Notes: generated from the sequence alone by a model not told the origin. A stretch of 64,000 nucleotides of DNA from an uncultured beta proteobacterium (GCA_963754305.1 CAVWFR010000047.1:35667-99666), one strand, 5' to 3'. Numbered from the stretch's first letter, positions 38,139-50,793 are shown. Numbers and translations are program-made.

Positions 38139-38801
38139 TCATTTGTCAGCGCCCAGATTGCGAACGAGCCGCTCGACGATGGCGCGCAGCTCGGCGACCT
38201 CGGCTCGGAGGGCGTCGAGCTCGGCGCTGTTGACGCCCGCCGCAGCCATCTGCGGGCTCGAGTCCCTTACGGGCTGCACCGCGGCCGCGTCCACCGGTCC
38301 TGAAAGGAGATGCGCCCAGCGCTGCTCGCGCGAACCCGGCGTCCGGGGAAGCTGGACCGATAGCGGGCCGCCCGCGGACTCGGGGCGGGTGGCGAGCGCC
38401 TGCAGGGCCGCTTCGACCGCATCCAGATCGGCGAAACGATGCAGCCGATCGGTGTTCGTACGTAGCTCGCCCGGCGTTTGCGGGCCGCGCAGCATCAGGG
38501 CGGCAAGCAGCGCGACCGCCGCGTTGTCGACATGCAGGACGCGGCCGACGTTGTGGGTGTAGCGCATGACGCGCGAACCACTCGACTCGATGACGAGCGA
38601 CAGCGGGCGCAGGGCGTCGATCGCCGCCTGCACTTCGCGCTCCGTCGCCTGCATGACCGGATCGCGATTGTTCTTCTGGTTGCACCCGAGGGTGAGCGCG
38701 TTCAGGGACAGGGGATACGTGTCCGGAACCGTGCGCTCCTTCTCGACCAGCACGCCGAGGACGCGCGTTTCGAGGTCCGAAAGGTGCGGCAGCATTCCCA
38801 C
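38139..38801 (-). CDS. yceH: YceH family protein (DUF480)
   Basis: LSDLETRVLGVLVEKERTVPDTYPLSLNALTLGCNQKNNRDPVM is a strong match to the YceH N-terminus pattern. Confidence 0.85.
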   Translation of the reverse strand: MGMLPHLSDLETRVLGVLVEKERTVPDTYPLSLNALTLGCNQKNNRDPVMQATEREVQAAIDALRPLSLVIESSGSRVMRYTHNVGRVLHVDNAAVALLAALMLRGPQTPGELRTNTDRLHRFADLDAVEAALQALATRPESAGGPLSVQLPRTPGSREQRWAHLLSGPVDAAAVQPVRDSSPQMAAAGVNSAELDALRAEVAELRAIVERLVRNLGADK

Positions 38802-38934
38802 GATGGTCGCCTGCGCCGATACGCCGGGGATATCGCTTATCCCAAGGTATCGCGTTTATCGATTTTCTCGATGAATCATCGGCGACGGCGGTTCGCAGCT
38901 TTCGGCTCGCCGCGCAAAGTTCGCGATGGTCCGG

Positions 38935-40972
<2,038 letters not shown>

Positions 40973-41103
40973 CCCACGTCGATACCCGAAGGTACTCCAA
41001 TGCGGGGGGCGTTTCAACGCCGTGCGCGGCGCCACACACCGCGACGAGGCTTACGGCGAGCGGAGCCGCCGGGCACGGTGGGCGGGAGAGATTCTCCGAT
41101 CGG

Positions 41104-42885
41104 TCAGCGGGGCCGCTGACACTCGAAGTTCGAGGCGACCCAGTTCGACGGGTTGTTTTCGGCGCCGCTGCCACCGGGACCGACGTACGTCGGTTGCTTT
41201 GGCCATGGACAGATGAGGCGCTGGTTCCCCTCCGGTGTGACCGTGCCGGCATCCTGAGTCACGGTGATGGAGTCCGGTGCGTTGCCGTTCTCGACCCACT
41301 CGACGAGCGGCGCCAGTTTGTCCCAGCCTACGGCCGCGCCACGAACGCCGCCGGCGCAGTGACCCATGCCCGGGACCATGAACAGACGCACGTGCTCCCG
41401 GGCAGCGGCGGCATTGCGTTTGAACGTCCGCCGGACGATGTCCTCGTAGTAGTCCACCGTGGGCTCGGGGCCGATCAGCCCGTCGGCCCAGCCGTGATAG
41501 AGAAGATATTTACCCTTGCGCTTGACGAGGAACGGTCGCAGATCAGTCTCGGAGCCGTTCAAGATGGCGCGCATGAAGGCGCCGCCGTCACTCGGCGACC
41601 AGGGGCCCTTGGCCCGATTCTCCGTGCGGCCCTTCGGCGTGTTCCGGTCGAAGTCGAAATCCAGCCAGCGGTACTCGCCCGGCCCCGGAAGCAACGCTGG
41701 ATCATTGCGTCGCGCCGTCGGGACGCCCGGATCGTGCTCGAACCACAGAAAGTTGACGAACTCCATCGAGAAGCCCCCCTGACCGGGGAAGAACCCGTTC
41801 GCGGGAGTCGGCACCACGAGGCTTCCCCAGCTGAACTCGCTGCCAAGCGGCTTGCCCTTGTACCAGCGATTCCTGCCGCTCGAATCATGCGGACCGCGGT
41901 ACACGTCCTTGATCGCCTGGATCTGGCCTGCCGTGAGCCCTCTCGACGCCCCGAAGTCGTCGATATCGCCGGCCGTGAATACCTTGGCGCAAGCGAGCGG
42001 ATCGCCGACCACGTTGTCGCGGATCCGGTCGTTTCCGAGCACGTCGCACTTCGCCAGCACCGCGTCGCGGAGCGCGTCGATGTCCGCCTGCGTAATGTTG
42101 TGGTCGAAGCCCACGCCGTCCTTGTTGACGTCGCGGAAGAACACGGCGCTGCTCCACACCTGCTCCATCGCGATCTCGATCGTGTTCATGAACGGATCGC
42201 CGGAGACGATGCCGTCGAAGTCGTCCGGAAAGCGCTGCGCTTCGACGGCGGCCTGCCGTCCTCCGGTCGAGCACCCTTCCCAGTAGGAGTAGCGCGGCCG
42301 CCGATCGTAATACTCCTTGATGATGCCTTTGGCGACGACGGTCGTGACGTGCGTCGCGCGCCAGCCGTAGTCGATCTCCCGCGGACGGTTGTTGAACGCG
42401 AAGGTGGCGCCGGCGAATACCCGCCCGTCGTGGCCCATGTCGCTGTTCGCCGTGGCGTATCCCTCCGGCAAGCGCGTGGTCGACGTCGATACGGCACCGT
42501 CGTGCCCGCCGTCCCCGATCATCACGAAACGCCCGTTCCAGCGCGTCGGGAGGTTCACTGCGAACCGCACCTGGTTGACGCCTTCGTGCGCGTTCCCGGT
42601 GGGAATGGTCCCCTCGACCCGGCAGTACTCCGGAACCGCGCCCGCCGCCGGCACCAATGTCGTGGCTGTGACCGCGGGTCGGATGCGCTTCGCCAGCACC
42701 GCCCCCTGGTCGAATCTGCCGTCCCCGGCCGCAGCGTCGTCGGCGATGCTGAGGTTTACATTAGCGAGCGCCGCGCAATCCTCGGCGGTGGGAACTTTCC
42801 CTTTCGCCAGGACAGCGGGCCCGAGGAAGCCCATCGTGAGCGTGGCAACGGCCACCCCGAGCGTGCGGCAAGGCATGCAATTCAT
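41104..42885 (-). CDS. Tannase/feruloyl-esterase family alpha/beta hydrolase, secreted
   Basis: Start at MNCMPCRTLGVAVATL, with gaggaag upstream. Nucleophile motif EGCSTGGRQAAVEAQRFPDDFDGIVSGDP. A C-terminal GHCAGG region. About 593 aa. Confidence 0.85.
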   Translation of the reverse strand: MNCMPCRTLGVAVATLTMGFLGPAVLAKGKVPTAEDCAALANVNLSIADDAAAGDGRFDQGAVLAKRIRPAVTATTLVPAAGAVPEYCRVEGTIPTGNAHEGVNQVRFAVNLPTRWNGRFVMIGDGGHDGAVSTSTTRLPEGYATANSDMGHDGRVFAGATFAFNNRPREIDYGWRATHVTTVVAKGIIKEYYDRRPRYSYWEGCSTGGRQAAVEAQRFPDDFDGIVSGDPFMNTIEIAMEQVWSSAVFFRDVNKDGVGFDHNITQADIDALRDAVLAKCDVLGNDRIRDNVVGDPLACAKVFTAGDIDDFGASRGLTAGQIQAIKDVYRGPHDSSGRNRWYKGKPLGSEFSWGSLVVPTPANGFFPGQGGFSMEFVNFLWFEHDPGVPTARRNDPALLPGPGEYRWLDFDFDRNTPKGRTENRAKGPWSPSDGGAFMRAILNGSETDLRPFLVKRKGKYLLYHGWADGLIGPEPTVDYYEDIVRRTFKRNAAAAREHVRLFMVPGMGHCAGGVRGAAVGWDKLAPLVEWVENGNAPDSITVTQDAGTVTPEGNQRLICPWPKQPTYVGPGGSGAENNPSNWVASNFECQRPR

Positions 42886-43109
42886 GGCTTCCTCTCTGTT
42901 CCGGCCCAATCGACAGGATTCACGCGTTCGCGGTCAATCTATCGACCCGCCCTAAGACAAGTCAATAGGACATGGAGGCGGTTCGCGCGGATACCGGGCG
43001 ACTCAGCCGCTCATCCCAACCCGTTGCTGATTCACAGCCCTCGGCGCCCAGGGATTGCACTGCACCGCGGCGCGTTCTTCTTCGGGCGCGGCCCGGGTTG
43101 AATGTCTGA

Positions 43110-43139
43110 TTGACAATACATTTCATCCGCCCCTAGGAT
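43110..43139 (+). promoter_or_regulatory. Candidate sigma70 promoter for the GntR gene
   Basis: TTGACA (43110-43115), an 18-nt spacer, then TAGGAT (43134-43139). This would give a nearly leaderless mRNA (ATG at 43150). Weak, pattern-only call. Confidence 0.3.
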
Positions 43140-43149
43140 TCCGCGACCG

Positions 43150-43953
43150 ATGCAACGCGCCACCCGCAAGACCGCTGCCGACGCCGATGCGACGCTGCCG
43201 CTGCCGCGCTATCACCAGATCTACCTGGTGCTGCGCGAGCAGCTCGCCGAGGGCCGCTTCGACGTCGCGAAACCGATCCCCGGCGAGCTCGACCTGGCGC
43301 AGACCTTCGGGGTATCGCGGGTGACGATGCGCAGCGCCCTCGACCGGCTCGCCGAGGAGGGGCTGATCGTGCGGCAGCGCGGCCGCGGCACCTTCGCCCG
43401 CGCGGGGGTTGCCCCGCCGCCGCCCGTCCGCGCCAACCTCTCGGGCCTGCTCGAGAACCTGCTGGCTATGGGACTGAAGACCCGGGTCGAGCTCGTCGAG
43501 CTCGGCACCATCGCCGCCCCCGCCGAGGTCGCCGACGCGCTGCGGATCGAGGCGGGCACCCCGGTGCAGAAAGCGATCCGCGTGCGAAGCTACAGGAGCG
43601 GACCGCTGTCGCACATCACCACCTTCGTACCCGAGGCGATCGCGCGCGCCTTCGGGCGGAAGGAGCTCGCGGCGAAGCCGATGCTGCAGCTCCTCGAGGA
43701 GTCGGGCGTGAAGGTGTCGGGCGCCGACCAGACCATTACCGCGAAGCTCGCCGACCACGCCGTCGCGCCGCGGCTCGAGGTCGATCTGGGCGCGCCCCTC
43801 CTCGCCGTAACGCGCGTCGTATATGGCGAGGACCACCGGCCGGTGCAGCTCCTGCGCGGGCTGTATCGTCCGGACCGCTACGAGTATCAGATGCATCTCA
43901 CCCGCTCGGGCGGGGACACGCCCAGGATCTGGGTCGACGACGAGCGCCGCTAG
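43150..43953 (+). CDS. GntR-family transcriptional regulator with a UTRA effector domain (HutC subfamily-like)
   Basis: LPRYHQIYLVLREQLAEGRF..GELDLAQTFGVSRVTMRSALDRLAEEGLIVRQRGRGTFA, then a UTRA-like C-terminal half. Confidence 0.85.
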   Translation: MQRATRKTAADADATLPLPRYHQIYLVLREQLAEGRFDVAKPIPGELDLAQTFGVSRVTMRSALDRLAEEGLIVRQRGRGTFARAGVAPPPPVRANLSGLLENLLAMGLKTRVELVELGTIAAPAEVADALRIEAGTPVQKAIRVRSYRSGPLSHITTFVPEAIARAFGRKELAAKPMLQLLEESGVKVSGADQTITAKLADHAVAPRLEVDLGAPLLAVTRVVYGEDHRPVQLLRGLYRPDRYEYQMHLTRSGGDTPRIWVDDERR

Positions 43954-43989
43954 CACCGGGCAAGGATCATCCACAGGAGGGAAGCGAAG

Positions 43990-45231
43990 ATGACGAAGCC
44001 AGTCCAGCAACGCAGGAAGTTCATCAAACATACCGCGGCGCTCTCGGCCGCGGCCGCCACCGGCACTCTCGGCTTTCCCGCGATCGTCCGCGGCCAGTCC
44101 GGTCCGCTCAAGATCGGGATCCTGCATCCGGTGACCGGGCCGCTCTCCTACTCGGGGCAGCTCTGCCGGCTCGGCGCGCAGATCGCGGTCGACGAGATCA
44201 ACGCGACGGGCGGCATCAAAGCGCTCGGCGGCACGAAGATCGATCCGATCTACGGCGACGCGCAGTCGAAGCCGGACGTCGGCGTCGCCGAAGTCGAGAA
44301 GATGAACGAAGCCGGCGCGTCTGCGATCGTCGGCGCCTACGCGAGCGCGATCTGCCTGGCGACCACGCAGGCCGCGGCGAAGCACAACCTCCCGCACGTC
44401 GTCGATGTCGGCGTCGCCGACCAGATCGTCGAGCGCGGACTGAAGAACACCTTCCGCTTCGGGCCGGGCTACAAGATCATCGCGACCAACGCCATGAACT
44501 ACCTGCACATCATGAACAAGCTCGCCGGCAACCCGGCGAAGACGGTCATGATCATCCACGAGGAGTCGCTGTTCGGCACCGGCACGGCGGGCCTCCTCTC
44601 GGCGCAGCTGCCCGCGTTCGGTTTCAAGATCGTCGACGTGATCAAGCACGCCAATCCGACGCGCGACTTCAACAACATCGTGCTGCGCATGAAGTCGCTC
44701 AACCCGGACGTCGTGATTCCGGCCAACTACTACAACGAGTACGCGCTGCTCGTGCGCACGATGAAGCAGCAGAACGTGCAGCCGCAGGCGATCTTCTCGG
44801 TACTCGGCGGCGCCGCTTCCTCGTTCAAGTTCGTGAAGGAGTTCCCGGACGTCGCGGACGGCATCATCGACGTGAACCACTGGTACAACCCCAAGGACAA
44901 GCGTGCGCTCGCGCTGCGCAAGAAAGTCGAAGGGATGAAGGACCAGTTCTTCACCTACGAGGTGTTCCTGAACTACGAGAGCGTGCACCTGCTCGCCGAT
45001 GCCATCGGCCGTGCGAAATCGACCAAGCGCGAGGGGATCATCGAGGCGCTCGCCGCGTCGACCTGGGACAAGACGTTGATGCCCTACGGGCCGACGAAGT
45101 TCGTCAACGGACAGAACCAGGGTGCCGAGCCGCTCGTCATGCAGGTCGTTAAAGGGGACATCGAGGTGATCCTGCCGAACACGTTCGCGCAGCGCGCGCC
45201 GGTGTTCCCGTGGAAGGGGAAGGCGGCCTGA
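43990..45231 (+). CDS. ABC transporter periplasmic substrate-binding protein, Leu/Ile/Val-binding (type I PBP) family, Tat-type signal
   Basis: QRRKFIKHTAALSAAAATGTLGFPAIVRG, then LKIGILHPVTGPLSYSGQ..AIVGAYASA. 413 aa. Confidence 0.85.
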   Translation: MTKPVQQRRKFIKHTAALSAAAATGTLGFPAIVRGQSGPLKIGILHPVTGPLSYSGQLCRLGAQIAVDEINATGGIKALGGTKIDPIYGDAQSKPDVGVAEVEKMNEAGASAIVGAYASAICLATTQAAAKHNLPHVVDVGVADQIVERGLKNTFRFGPGYKIIATNAMNYLHIMNKLAGNPAKTVMIIHEESLFGTGTAGLLSAQLPAFGFKIVDVIKHANPTRDFNNIVLRMKSLNPDVVIPANYYNEYALLVRTMKQQNVQPQAIFSVLGGAASSFKFVKEFPDVADGIIDVNHWYNPKDKRALALRKKVEGMKDQFFTYEVFLNYESVHLLADAIGRAKSTKREGIIEALAASTWDKTLMPYGPTKFVNGQNQGAEPLVMQVVKGDIEVILPNTFAQRAPVFPWKGKAA

Positions 45232-45289
45232 GCGCGGCGGCCGGGGTGGGGGCGACGGCTGTGCGCTCTCCCTCCCACGAGCGCGACCG

Positions 45290-46162
45290 GTGCTCGAGCT
45301 GAGCATCCTCTTCCCGTCGGTCCTTAACGGACTGACGACCGGGGCGGTCTACGCGCTGATCGCGCTCGGGCTCACGCTGATCTACGGCGTGCTGCACATC
45401 ATCAACTTCGCACACGGCGCGGCGCTGATGATCGCGCTCTACGGCGTGTACTACCTGCACCAGCGGCTCGGGATCGACCCCTATCTCGCGCTGCCGATCA
45501 TGGTGCCGGCGATGTTCGCGGCGGGGTATCTCCTGCAGCGGCTCGTCATCGGGCGGGCGAGCCACGGCAAGGACGAGAACATCCTGCTCGTCACCCTGGG
45601 GCTCGCGATCGTGCTCGAGAACCTCGCACTCTTCGCTTTCAAGTCGGACACGCGCACGATCGACACGCCCTACACGCTCTCCACCGTGAACATCCTCGGC
45701 GCGCTGATCTCGACACCGAAGGTGGTCGCGTTCGGCGGCGCGCTCGTCGCCTGCGCGTGCCTGCTCGCGATCGTGGGCAAAACCGACCTCGGCCGCGCGA
45801 TCCGCGCGATCGCCAAAGAGCGGCATGGCGCGCGGTTGGTCGGCATCGACGTGGACCACGTCTTCGCGATGAGCTTCGGCATCGGGCTCGCCTGCCTCGG
45901 CGCGGCGGCCTGTTTCCTGCTCCCCGCGTACTACGTCAACCCCACGGTCGGCAGCGGGTTCGTGCTGATCGCGTTCACGATCGTCGTGCTCGGCGGCATG
46001 GGGAGCTTCGGCGGCGCCCTACTCGGCGGCTTCATCATCGGCGTCGTCGAATCGGTGGGCGGGCTGATGCTGGGCGAGAGCCTCGGGCAGATCGGGATCT
46101 TCCTCATCTTCATCGCGGTGCTGCTCTTCCGGCCGCAGGGACTGTTCGGGGCGAAGGCATAG
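45290..46162 (+). CDS. Branched-chain-amino-acid-type ABC transporter permease (LivH-like)
   Basis: 290 aa: LNGLTTGAVYALIALGLTLIYGVLHIINFAHG. GTG start. Confidence 0.9.
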   Translation: MLELSILFPSVLNGLTTGAVYALIALGLTLIYGVLHIINFAHGAALMIALYGVYYLHQRLGIDPYLALPIMVPAMFAAGYLLQRLVIGRASHGKDENILLVTLGLAIVLENLALFAFKSDTRTIDTPYTLSTVNILGALISTPKVVAFGGALVACACLLAIVGKTDLGRAIRAIAKERHGARLVGIDVDHVFAMSFGIGLACLGAAACFLLPAYYVNPTVGSGFVLIAFTIVVLGGMGSFGGALLGGFIIGVVESVGGLMLGESLGQIGIFLIFIAVLLFRPQGLFGAKA

Positions 46163-47107
46163 ATGCGCGGCCTGATCGGCATGGCGGTCTTCGCGGTCGT
46201 CGTCGCGGCGACGCCGCTCTTCGTGACGTCCGGCTACGCTCTGAACGCGATCATCATGACCCTCTACGTCGCCGCGCTCGGGCAGGCGTGGAACATCCTC
46301 GGCGGCTTCGGCGGCCAGTTCTCGTTCGGGCACGCGGTGTTCTTCGGCACCGGCGCCTACGCGATGGCGGTGCTGCAGGTAAAGCTCGGGTGGAACGCCT
46401 GGGCGGCGCTGCCGGCCGCGCTGGCCGCGGGCGGTGCGGTCGGCGCGCTCGTCGGCGCGCTCTCGTTCCGCTACGGGCTGCGCGGCTCGTACTTCGCGCT
46501 CGTCACGCTCGCGTTCGCCGAGGTGTTCCGCATCCTCGCCAACACCTTCGATTTCACCGGCGCCGGCGTCGGCCTCATGGTGCCGCTGAAGGCTAGCATC
46601 GCCGAGCTCCAGCCGGCGGATCGGGCGGGCTATCTCTGGCTCATCCTCGCGCTGGTCGTGGCCGGCGGCGTGATCTCGTGGTGGCTGAAGCACTCGCGTT
46701 ACGGGGCGTGGCTGCAGGCGGTGCGCGACAACGAGGACTCGGCGGCCGCGCTCGGCGTGAACGCCTTCCGGGTAAAGCTCGTCGCGATCGTGATCTCGGG
46801 TGCGCTGATGGCGGCGGGCGGCGCGTTTTACGTCCAGTATCTGCACTACATCGATCCGCACATCGCGTACGGGGCGGCGGTGTCGGTCGAAGCGCTGCTG
46901 GGGCCGATCGTCGGGGGTGTCGGCACCGTCTGGGGTCCGCTGCTCGGGGCCGGCGTGCTGCACGTCCTCGGCGAGGCGACGCGCGGGCTGATGGGCGATG
47001 CGCCGGGGCTGAACCTCGTCGTGTACGGCGTGGTGTTGATCCTGATGGTGATGTTCCTGCCGAGCGGGATCATCGGCATCTTCCGCCGGCGGCTCGCGCA
47101 TGCTTGA
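46163..47107 (+). CDS. Branched-chain-amino-acid-type ABC transporter permease (LivM-like)
   Basis: 314 aa: LGQAWNILGGFGGQFSFGHAVFFGTGAY. It abuts the previous stop. Confidence 0.9.
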   Translation: MRGLIGMAVFAVVVAATPLFVTSGYALNAIIMTLYVAALGQAWNILGGFGGQFSFGHAVFFGTGAYAMAVLQVKLGWNAWAALPAALAAGGAVGALVGALSFRYGLRGSYFALVTLAFAEVFRILANTFDFTGAGVGLMVPLKASIAELQPADRAGYLWLILALVVAGGVISWWLKHSRYGAWLQAVRDNEDSAAALGVNAFRVKLVAIVISGALMAAGGAFYVQYLHYIDPHIAYGAAVSVEALLGPIVGGVGTVWGPLLGAGVLHVLGEATRGLMGDAPGLNLVVYGVVLILMVMFLPSGIIGIFRRRLAHA

Positions 47108-47849
47108 AGCGCGTGACCTCTCGGTCAGCTTCGGCGGTCTGAAGGCGGTCGAGGAAGTGAGCCTCGCCGTGCCGCGCGGCGCGATCGTGGCGCTGATCGG
47201 GCCGAACGGGGCCGGCAAGACGACCTGCTTCAATCTGCTGTCGGGGTTCCTGCGGCCGCACACGGGAAAGGTCATCCTCGAGGGCCGCGACATCACCGGC
47301 CTCGCGCCGTACCAGGTCTGTCGCCGCGGTATGACGCGGACCTTCCAGATCGTGCAGCCCTTCGCCGCCCAGACGGTGCGCGAGAACATCGCGGTCGGCG
47401 CTCATCTCCATCTGCGCGACCGCACACACGCGCTCGCCAAGGCCGAAAGCGTGGCGAAGGATGTCGGCCTCGCGCCCGAGCTCGACAAGCTCGCGGCGAG
47501 CCTCACCGTCGCCGGCCGCAAGCGTCTGGAGCTCGCCCGCGCGCTCGCGACCGAGCCGGCGCTGCTCCTGCTCGATGAAGTTCTCGCCGGGCTAAACCCG
47601 CAGGAGATCAACGAGGTGATCCCGGTAGTCCGCGCGATCCGCGACGCGCGCATCACCGTGCTGATGATCGAGCACGTGATGCAGGCGGTGATGAGTCTCG
47701 CCGACGAAGTGTACGTGCTAAACCACGGCCGGTTGATCGCCCACGGGGTGCCCGCGGGCATCGCGAACGACCCGCAGGTGATCGAGGCCTACCTCGGCCA
47801 CGGCACGGCAGCGCGGCTGCGCCGGCAGGCGGAGGGAGCCCATGCTTGA
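47100..47849 (+). CDS. ABC transporter ATP-binding protein (LivG-like)
   Basis: Walker A GPNGAGKTT, signature LTVAGRKRLELARAL, Walker B LLLLDE. It overlaps the previous gene by 8 nt. Confidence 0.92.
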   Translation: MLEARDLSVSFGGLKAVEEVSLAVPRGAIVALIGPNGAGKTTCFNLLSGFLRPHTGKVILEGRDITGLAPYQVCRRGMTRTFQIVQPFAAQTVRENIAVGAHLHLRDRTHALAKAESVAKDVGLAPELDKLAASLTVAGRKRLELARALATEPALLLLDEVLAGLNPQEINEVIPVVRAIRDARITVLMIEHVMQAVMSLADEVYVLNHGRLIAHGVPAGIANDPQVIEAYLGHGTAARLRRQAEGAHA

Positions 47850-48543
47850 AGTGCGCGCGCTGCGGGGCGGGTATGGCGCGGTCGAAGTCCTGCGCGGCGT
47901 GAGCCTCGAGATCCGCGCCGGCGAGATCGTCGCCGTCCTCGGCTCTAATGGCGCGGGCAAGTCGACCCTCAACAACACGCTGTGCGGCATCCTGCCCGCG
48001 TTCGGCGGGAGCGTCGCTTTCGACGGACACGACATCACGCGCGCGCGCGACCGGCACATCGTCGCCGCGGGCCTCATTCAGGTGCCCGAAGGGCGGCGAG
48101 TGTTCCCCAATCTCTCCGTGCGCGAGAACCTCGAGCTCGGCAGCTACCGACGCGGGCGCGCGCGCCGCGCGACGAACCTCGAGCGCGTGTGCGGGATCTT
48201 TCCGCGGCTGAGAGAGCGCACCGCGCAGCGCGCCGGCACGCTCTCCGGCGGCGAGCAGCAGATGCTCGCCATCGGGCGCGCGCTGATGTCGGAGCCGCGG
48301 CTGCTCATTCTGGACGAACCGTCGCTCGGCCTGTCGCCGCTGCTCGTGGAGGAGATGTTCGCGCTCATCGCTCGGCTGCACGCCGAGGGGCTCTCGATCC
48401 TGCTGGTCGAGCAGAACGTCGGCCAGTCGCTCGAGATCGCGCACCGCGCCTATGTGCTCGAGAACGGGTCGATCGCGTTCCAGGGCACGCCGTCCGAGCT
48501 ACTCGCGCGCAGCGACCTGAAGCGCGCGTATCTCGGGATATGA
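47842..48543 (+). CDS. ABC transporter ATP-binding protein (LivF-like)
   Basis: Walker A GSNGAGKST, signature LSGGEQQMLAIGRAL, Walker B LLILDE. It overlaps the previous gene by 8 nt. Confidence 0.92.
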   Translation: MLEVRALRGGYGAVEVLRGVSLEIRAGEIVAVLGSNGAGKSTLNNTLCGILPAFGGSVAFDGHDITRARDRHIVAAGLIQVPEGRRVFPNLSVRENLELGSYRRGRARRATNLERVCGIFPRLRERTAQRAGTLSGGEQQMLAIGRALMSEPRLLILDEPSLGLSPLLVEEMFALIARLHAEGLSILLVEQNVGQSLEIAHRAYVLENGSIAFQGTPSELLARSDLKRAYLGI

Positions 48544-48562
48544 AGCCGCGGGGGAGATTCGG

Positions 48563-49525
48563 ATGAGAAGCTTCCGGATGAAACGCTTCCTCGCGGTCGT
48601 GGTGGCACTCGCCGCGGGCGCCGCCCACGCGCAGCAGTTCACGAAGCCGGTCCGCATCCTCGTCGGCGCGACGGCCGGCGGTACGACCGACACGCTCGCT
48701 CGCGCCATCGCGCCGGAGACGTCGAAGGCGCTCGGGGTACCGGTCGTGGTCGAGAATCGCCCGGGAGCCGGCGGCAATCTCGCCGCGGAAGCGGTCGCGA
48801 AGTCGCCGCCCGACGGCCAGACGCTGCTCGTGTCGTTCACCAGCCACACGATCAACGCGACGCTGTACCCGAAACTTCCCTTCGATCCGGTCGAGGATTT
48901 CACGCCGATCACCATGATCGCGACCGTGCCGAGCGTGCTGGTCGCGAACGCGGCGCTGCCGCCGAACACGCTCGCGGCGCTGATCGCGTTCGCGAAAGAA
49001 CGGCCCGGCAAGCTCAACTTCGCCATCGGCGGCATCGGATCGTCGGTGCACATGGCGTCCGATCTCTTCAAGATGCGAACGGGCCTCTTCATCGTCGACA
49101 TCCCCTACAAAGGTACCGGGCCGGCGCTCGCCGACGTGATCGGCGGGCAGGTCGAGCTGATGTTCGTCAGCGCGGTGATCGGTATCCCGCAGATCAAGGG
49201 CGGCAAGATCAAGGCCTACGGCGTGACGAGCCCGAAGCGACTGCCGCAGCTTCCCGATGTCCCCGCGATCGCCGAGCTCGTGCCCGGGTTCGAATCGAAT
49301 GCCTGGTTCGGCCTGTTCGGTCCGGCGCGCCTTCCGCCCGACGTCACCCGGGCGCTGCACGACGCCGCGGTACGCGCGATCGGCTCGCCCGAGCTGCGCA
49401 AGCGGCTCGAAGCCGAGGCGGCGCAACCGGTCGGCAACTCGCCGGCCGAGTTTGCCCGGTTCGTCCGCGAGGACGTCGGGAAATGGGCGCCGGTGGTGAA
49501 GTACTCGGGAGCGAAGCCCGAATGA
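48563..49525 (+). CDS. Bug-family (TctC-like) substrate-binding protein
   Basis: Signal peptide, then FTKPVRILVGATAGGTTDTLARAI..VENRPGAGGNLAA.., C-terminus DVGKWAPVVKYSG. Confidence 0.9.
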   Translation: MRSFRMKRFLAVVVALAAGAAHAQQFTKPVRILVGATAGGTTDTLARAIAPETSKALGVPVVVENRPGAGGNLAAEAVAKSPPDGQTLLVSFTSHTINATLYPKLPFDPVEDFTPITMIATVPSVLVANAALPPNTLAALIAFAKERPGKLNFAIGGIGSSVHMASDLFKMRTGLFIVDIPYKGTGPALADVIGGQVELMFVSAVIGIPQIKGGKIKAYGVTSPKRLPQLPDVPAIAELVPGFESNAWFGLFGPARLPPDVTRALHDAAVRAIGSPELRKRLEAEAAQPVGNSPAEFARFVREDVGKWAPVVKYSGAKPE

Positions 49526-50793
49526 CCGCGCCGAAGACACTCGCACAGAAGCTCGTCGCTCGCGCGGCCCGGCGCCCGAACGTCGTGCCGGGCGAGATCG
49601 TCACCTGCAAGGTCGACCTGGCGATGATGCACGACTCGGGCGGCCCGCGGCGCGTGAAGCCGATGCTCGAGCGGCTTGGCGCGAAGGTCTGGGACCCGGA
49701 TCGGATCGTGGTCATCACGGACCACTACCTGCCCGCGAACGACGACGAGTCGAAACGCATCCTCGCCACTGCGAGAGAGTGGGTGAAGGAGGCCGGGGTG
49801 AAGCGCTTCTACGACGGCATCGGGATCTGCCACGTCGTGCTGCCGGAGCAGGGTCATCTCCGCCCGGGCATGTTCGTGGTGGGCGGGGACAGTCATTCGC
49901 CGACCGGCGGTGCGTTCGGCGCCTACATGTTCGGGATCGGCGCGACCGAGATGCTCGGCGTCCTCGTCACCGGCGAGATCTGGCTCAAGGTGCCGCATAC
50001 CATCCTGATCGAATGGAGCGGCCGGTTCGACGACGGGATCGCCGCCAAGGACGTCATGCTGTTCCTGTGCGGCAGGTTCGGCATGGACGGCGGGCAATAC
50101 CAGGCGGTCGAGTACGCGGGGAGCGCGATCGGGGCGCTCGGCATGCAGGAGCGGATGACGCTCGCCAACATGACCGCGGAGTTCGGCGGCCAGACGGGCC
50201 TCATCGCCCCCGACGCCGTGACGCTCGACTATCTCGCCCGGGCGGGCGTGGAGGAGGTCGACGCCGCGCCCTGGCGGACCGACGATGGCGCGGCGTTGCT
50301 CGCGCACCACCGCTTCGACGCCGGCGCGCTCGCGCCGCAGGTCGCCGCGCCGGATAGCCCCGCGAACAGCCGCGCCGTGGACGAGTATCGCGACACGCGC
50401 GTCGACACCGTGTACATCGGCGCGTGCACCGGTGCGAAGCTCGCCGACCTCAGAATGGCCGCGCGCGTGCTGCGCGGCCATCGCGTCGCAAGCGGCGTGC
50501 GGCTGCTCGTGGCGCCGGCATCGCTCAAGGATCAGGAGGCGGCGCGCGCGGAGGGCACGCTCGGCGCGCTGCTGGACGCCGGCGGCCGGCTCCTGGCGAA
50601 CGCCTGCGGCGTGTGCGCCGGCTACGGCGAGCTGCGGTTCGGCGAGAACGAGGTCGCCATCTCGTCCACCGCGCGCAACTTCAAGGGCCGCATGGGTGTC
50701 GCGTCGTCGCGGGTGTATCTCGCCTCGCCCTACACGGTTGCGGCCTCGGCCGTGACCGGTCGAATCACCGACCCGCGGGAGCTTCTCTCATGA
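49522..50793 (+). CDS. Aconitase-family hydro-lyase large subunit (LeuC/HacA/DmdA-like, about 420-aa short type)
   Basis: ATG overlaps the previous stop (ATGA). MHDSGGP.., VVGGDSHSPTGGAFGA, and Fe-S ligand cysteines in IGACTG and NACGVCAG. The track ORF start at 49483 lies inside the Bug gene. Confidence 0.85.
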   Translation: MTAPKTLAQKLVARAARRPNVVPGEIVTCKVDLAMMHDSGGPRRVKPMLERLGAKVWDPDRIVVITDHYLPANDDESKRILATAREWVKEAGVKRFYDGIGICHVVLPEQGHLRPGMFVVGGDSHSPTGGAFGAYMFGIGATEMLGVLVTGEIWLKVPHTILIEWSGRFDDGIAAKDVMLFLCGRFGMDGGQYQAVEYAGSAIGALGMQERMTLANMTAEFGGQTGLIAPDAVTLDYLARAGVEEVDAAPWRTDDGAALLAHHRFDAGALAPQVAAPDSPANSRAVDEYRDTRVDTVYIGACTGAKLADLRMAARVLRGHRVASGVRLLVAPASLKDQEAARAEGTLGALLDAGGRLLANACGVCAGYGELRFGENEVAISSTARNFKGRMGVASSRVYLASPYTVAASAVTGRITDPRELLS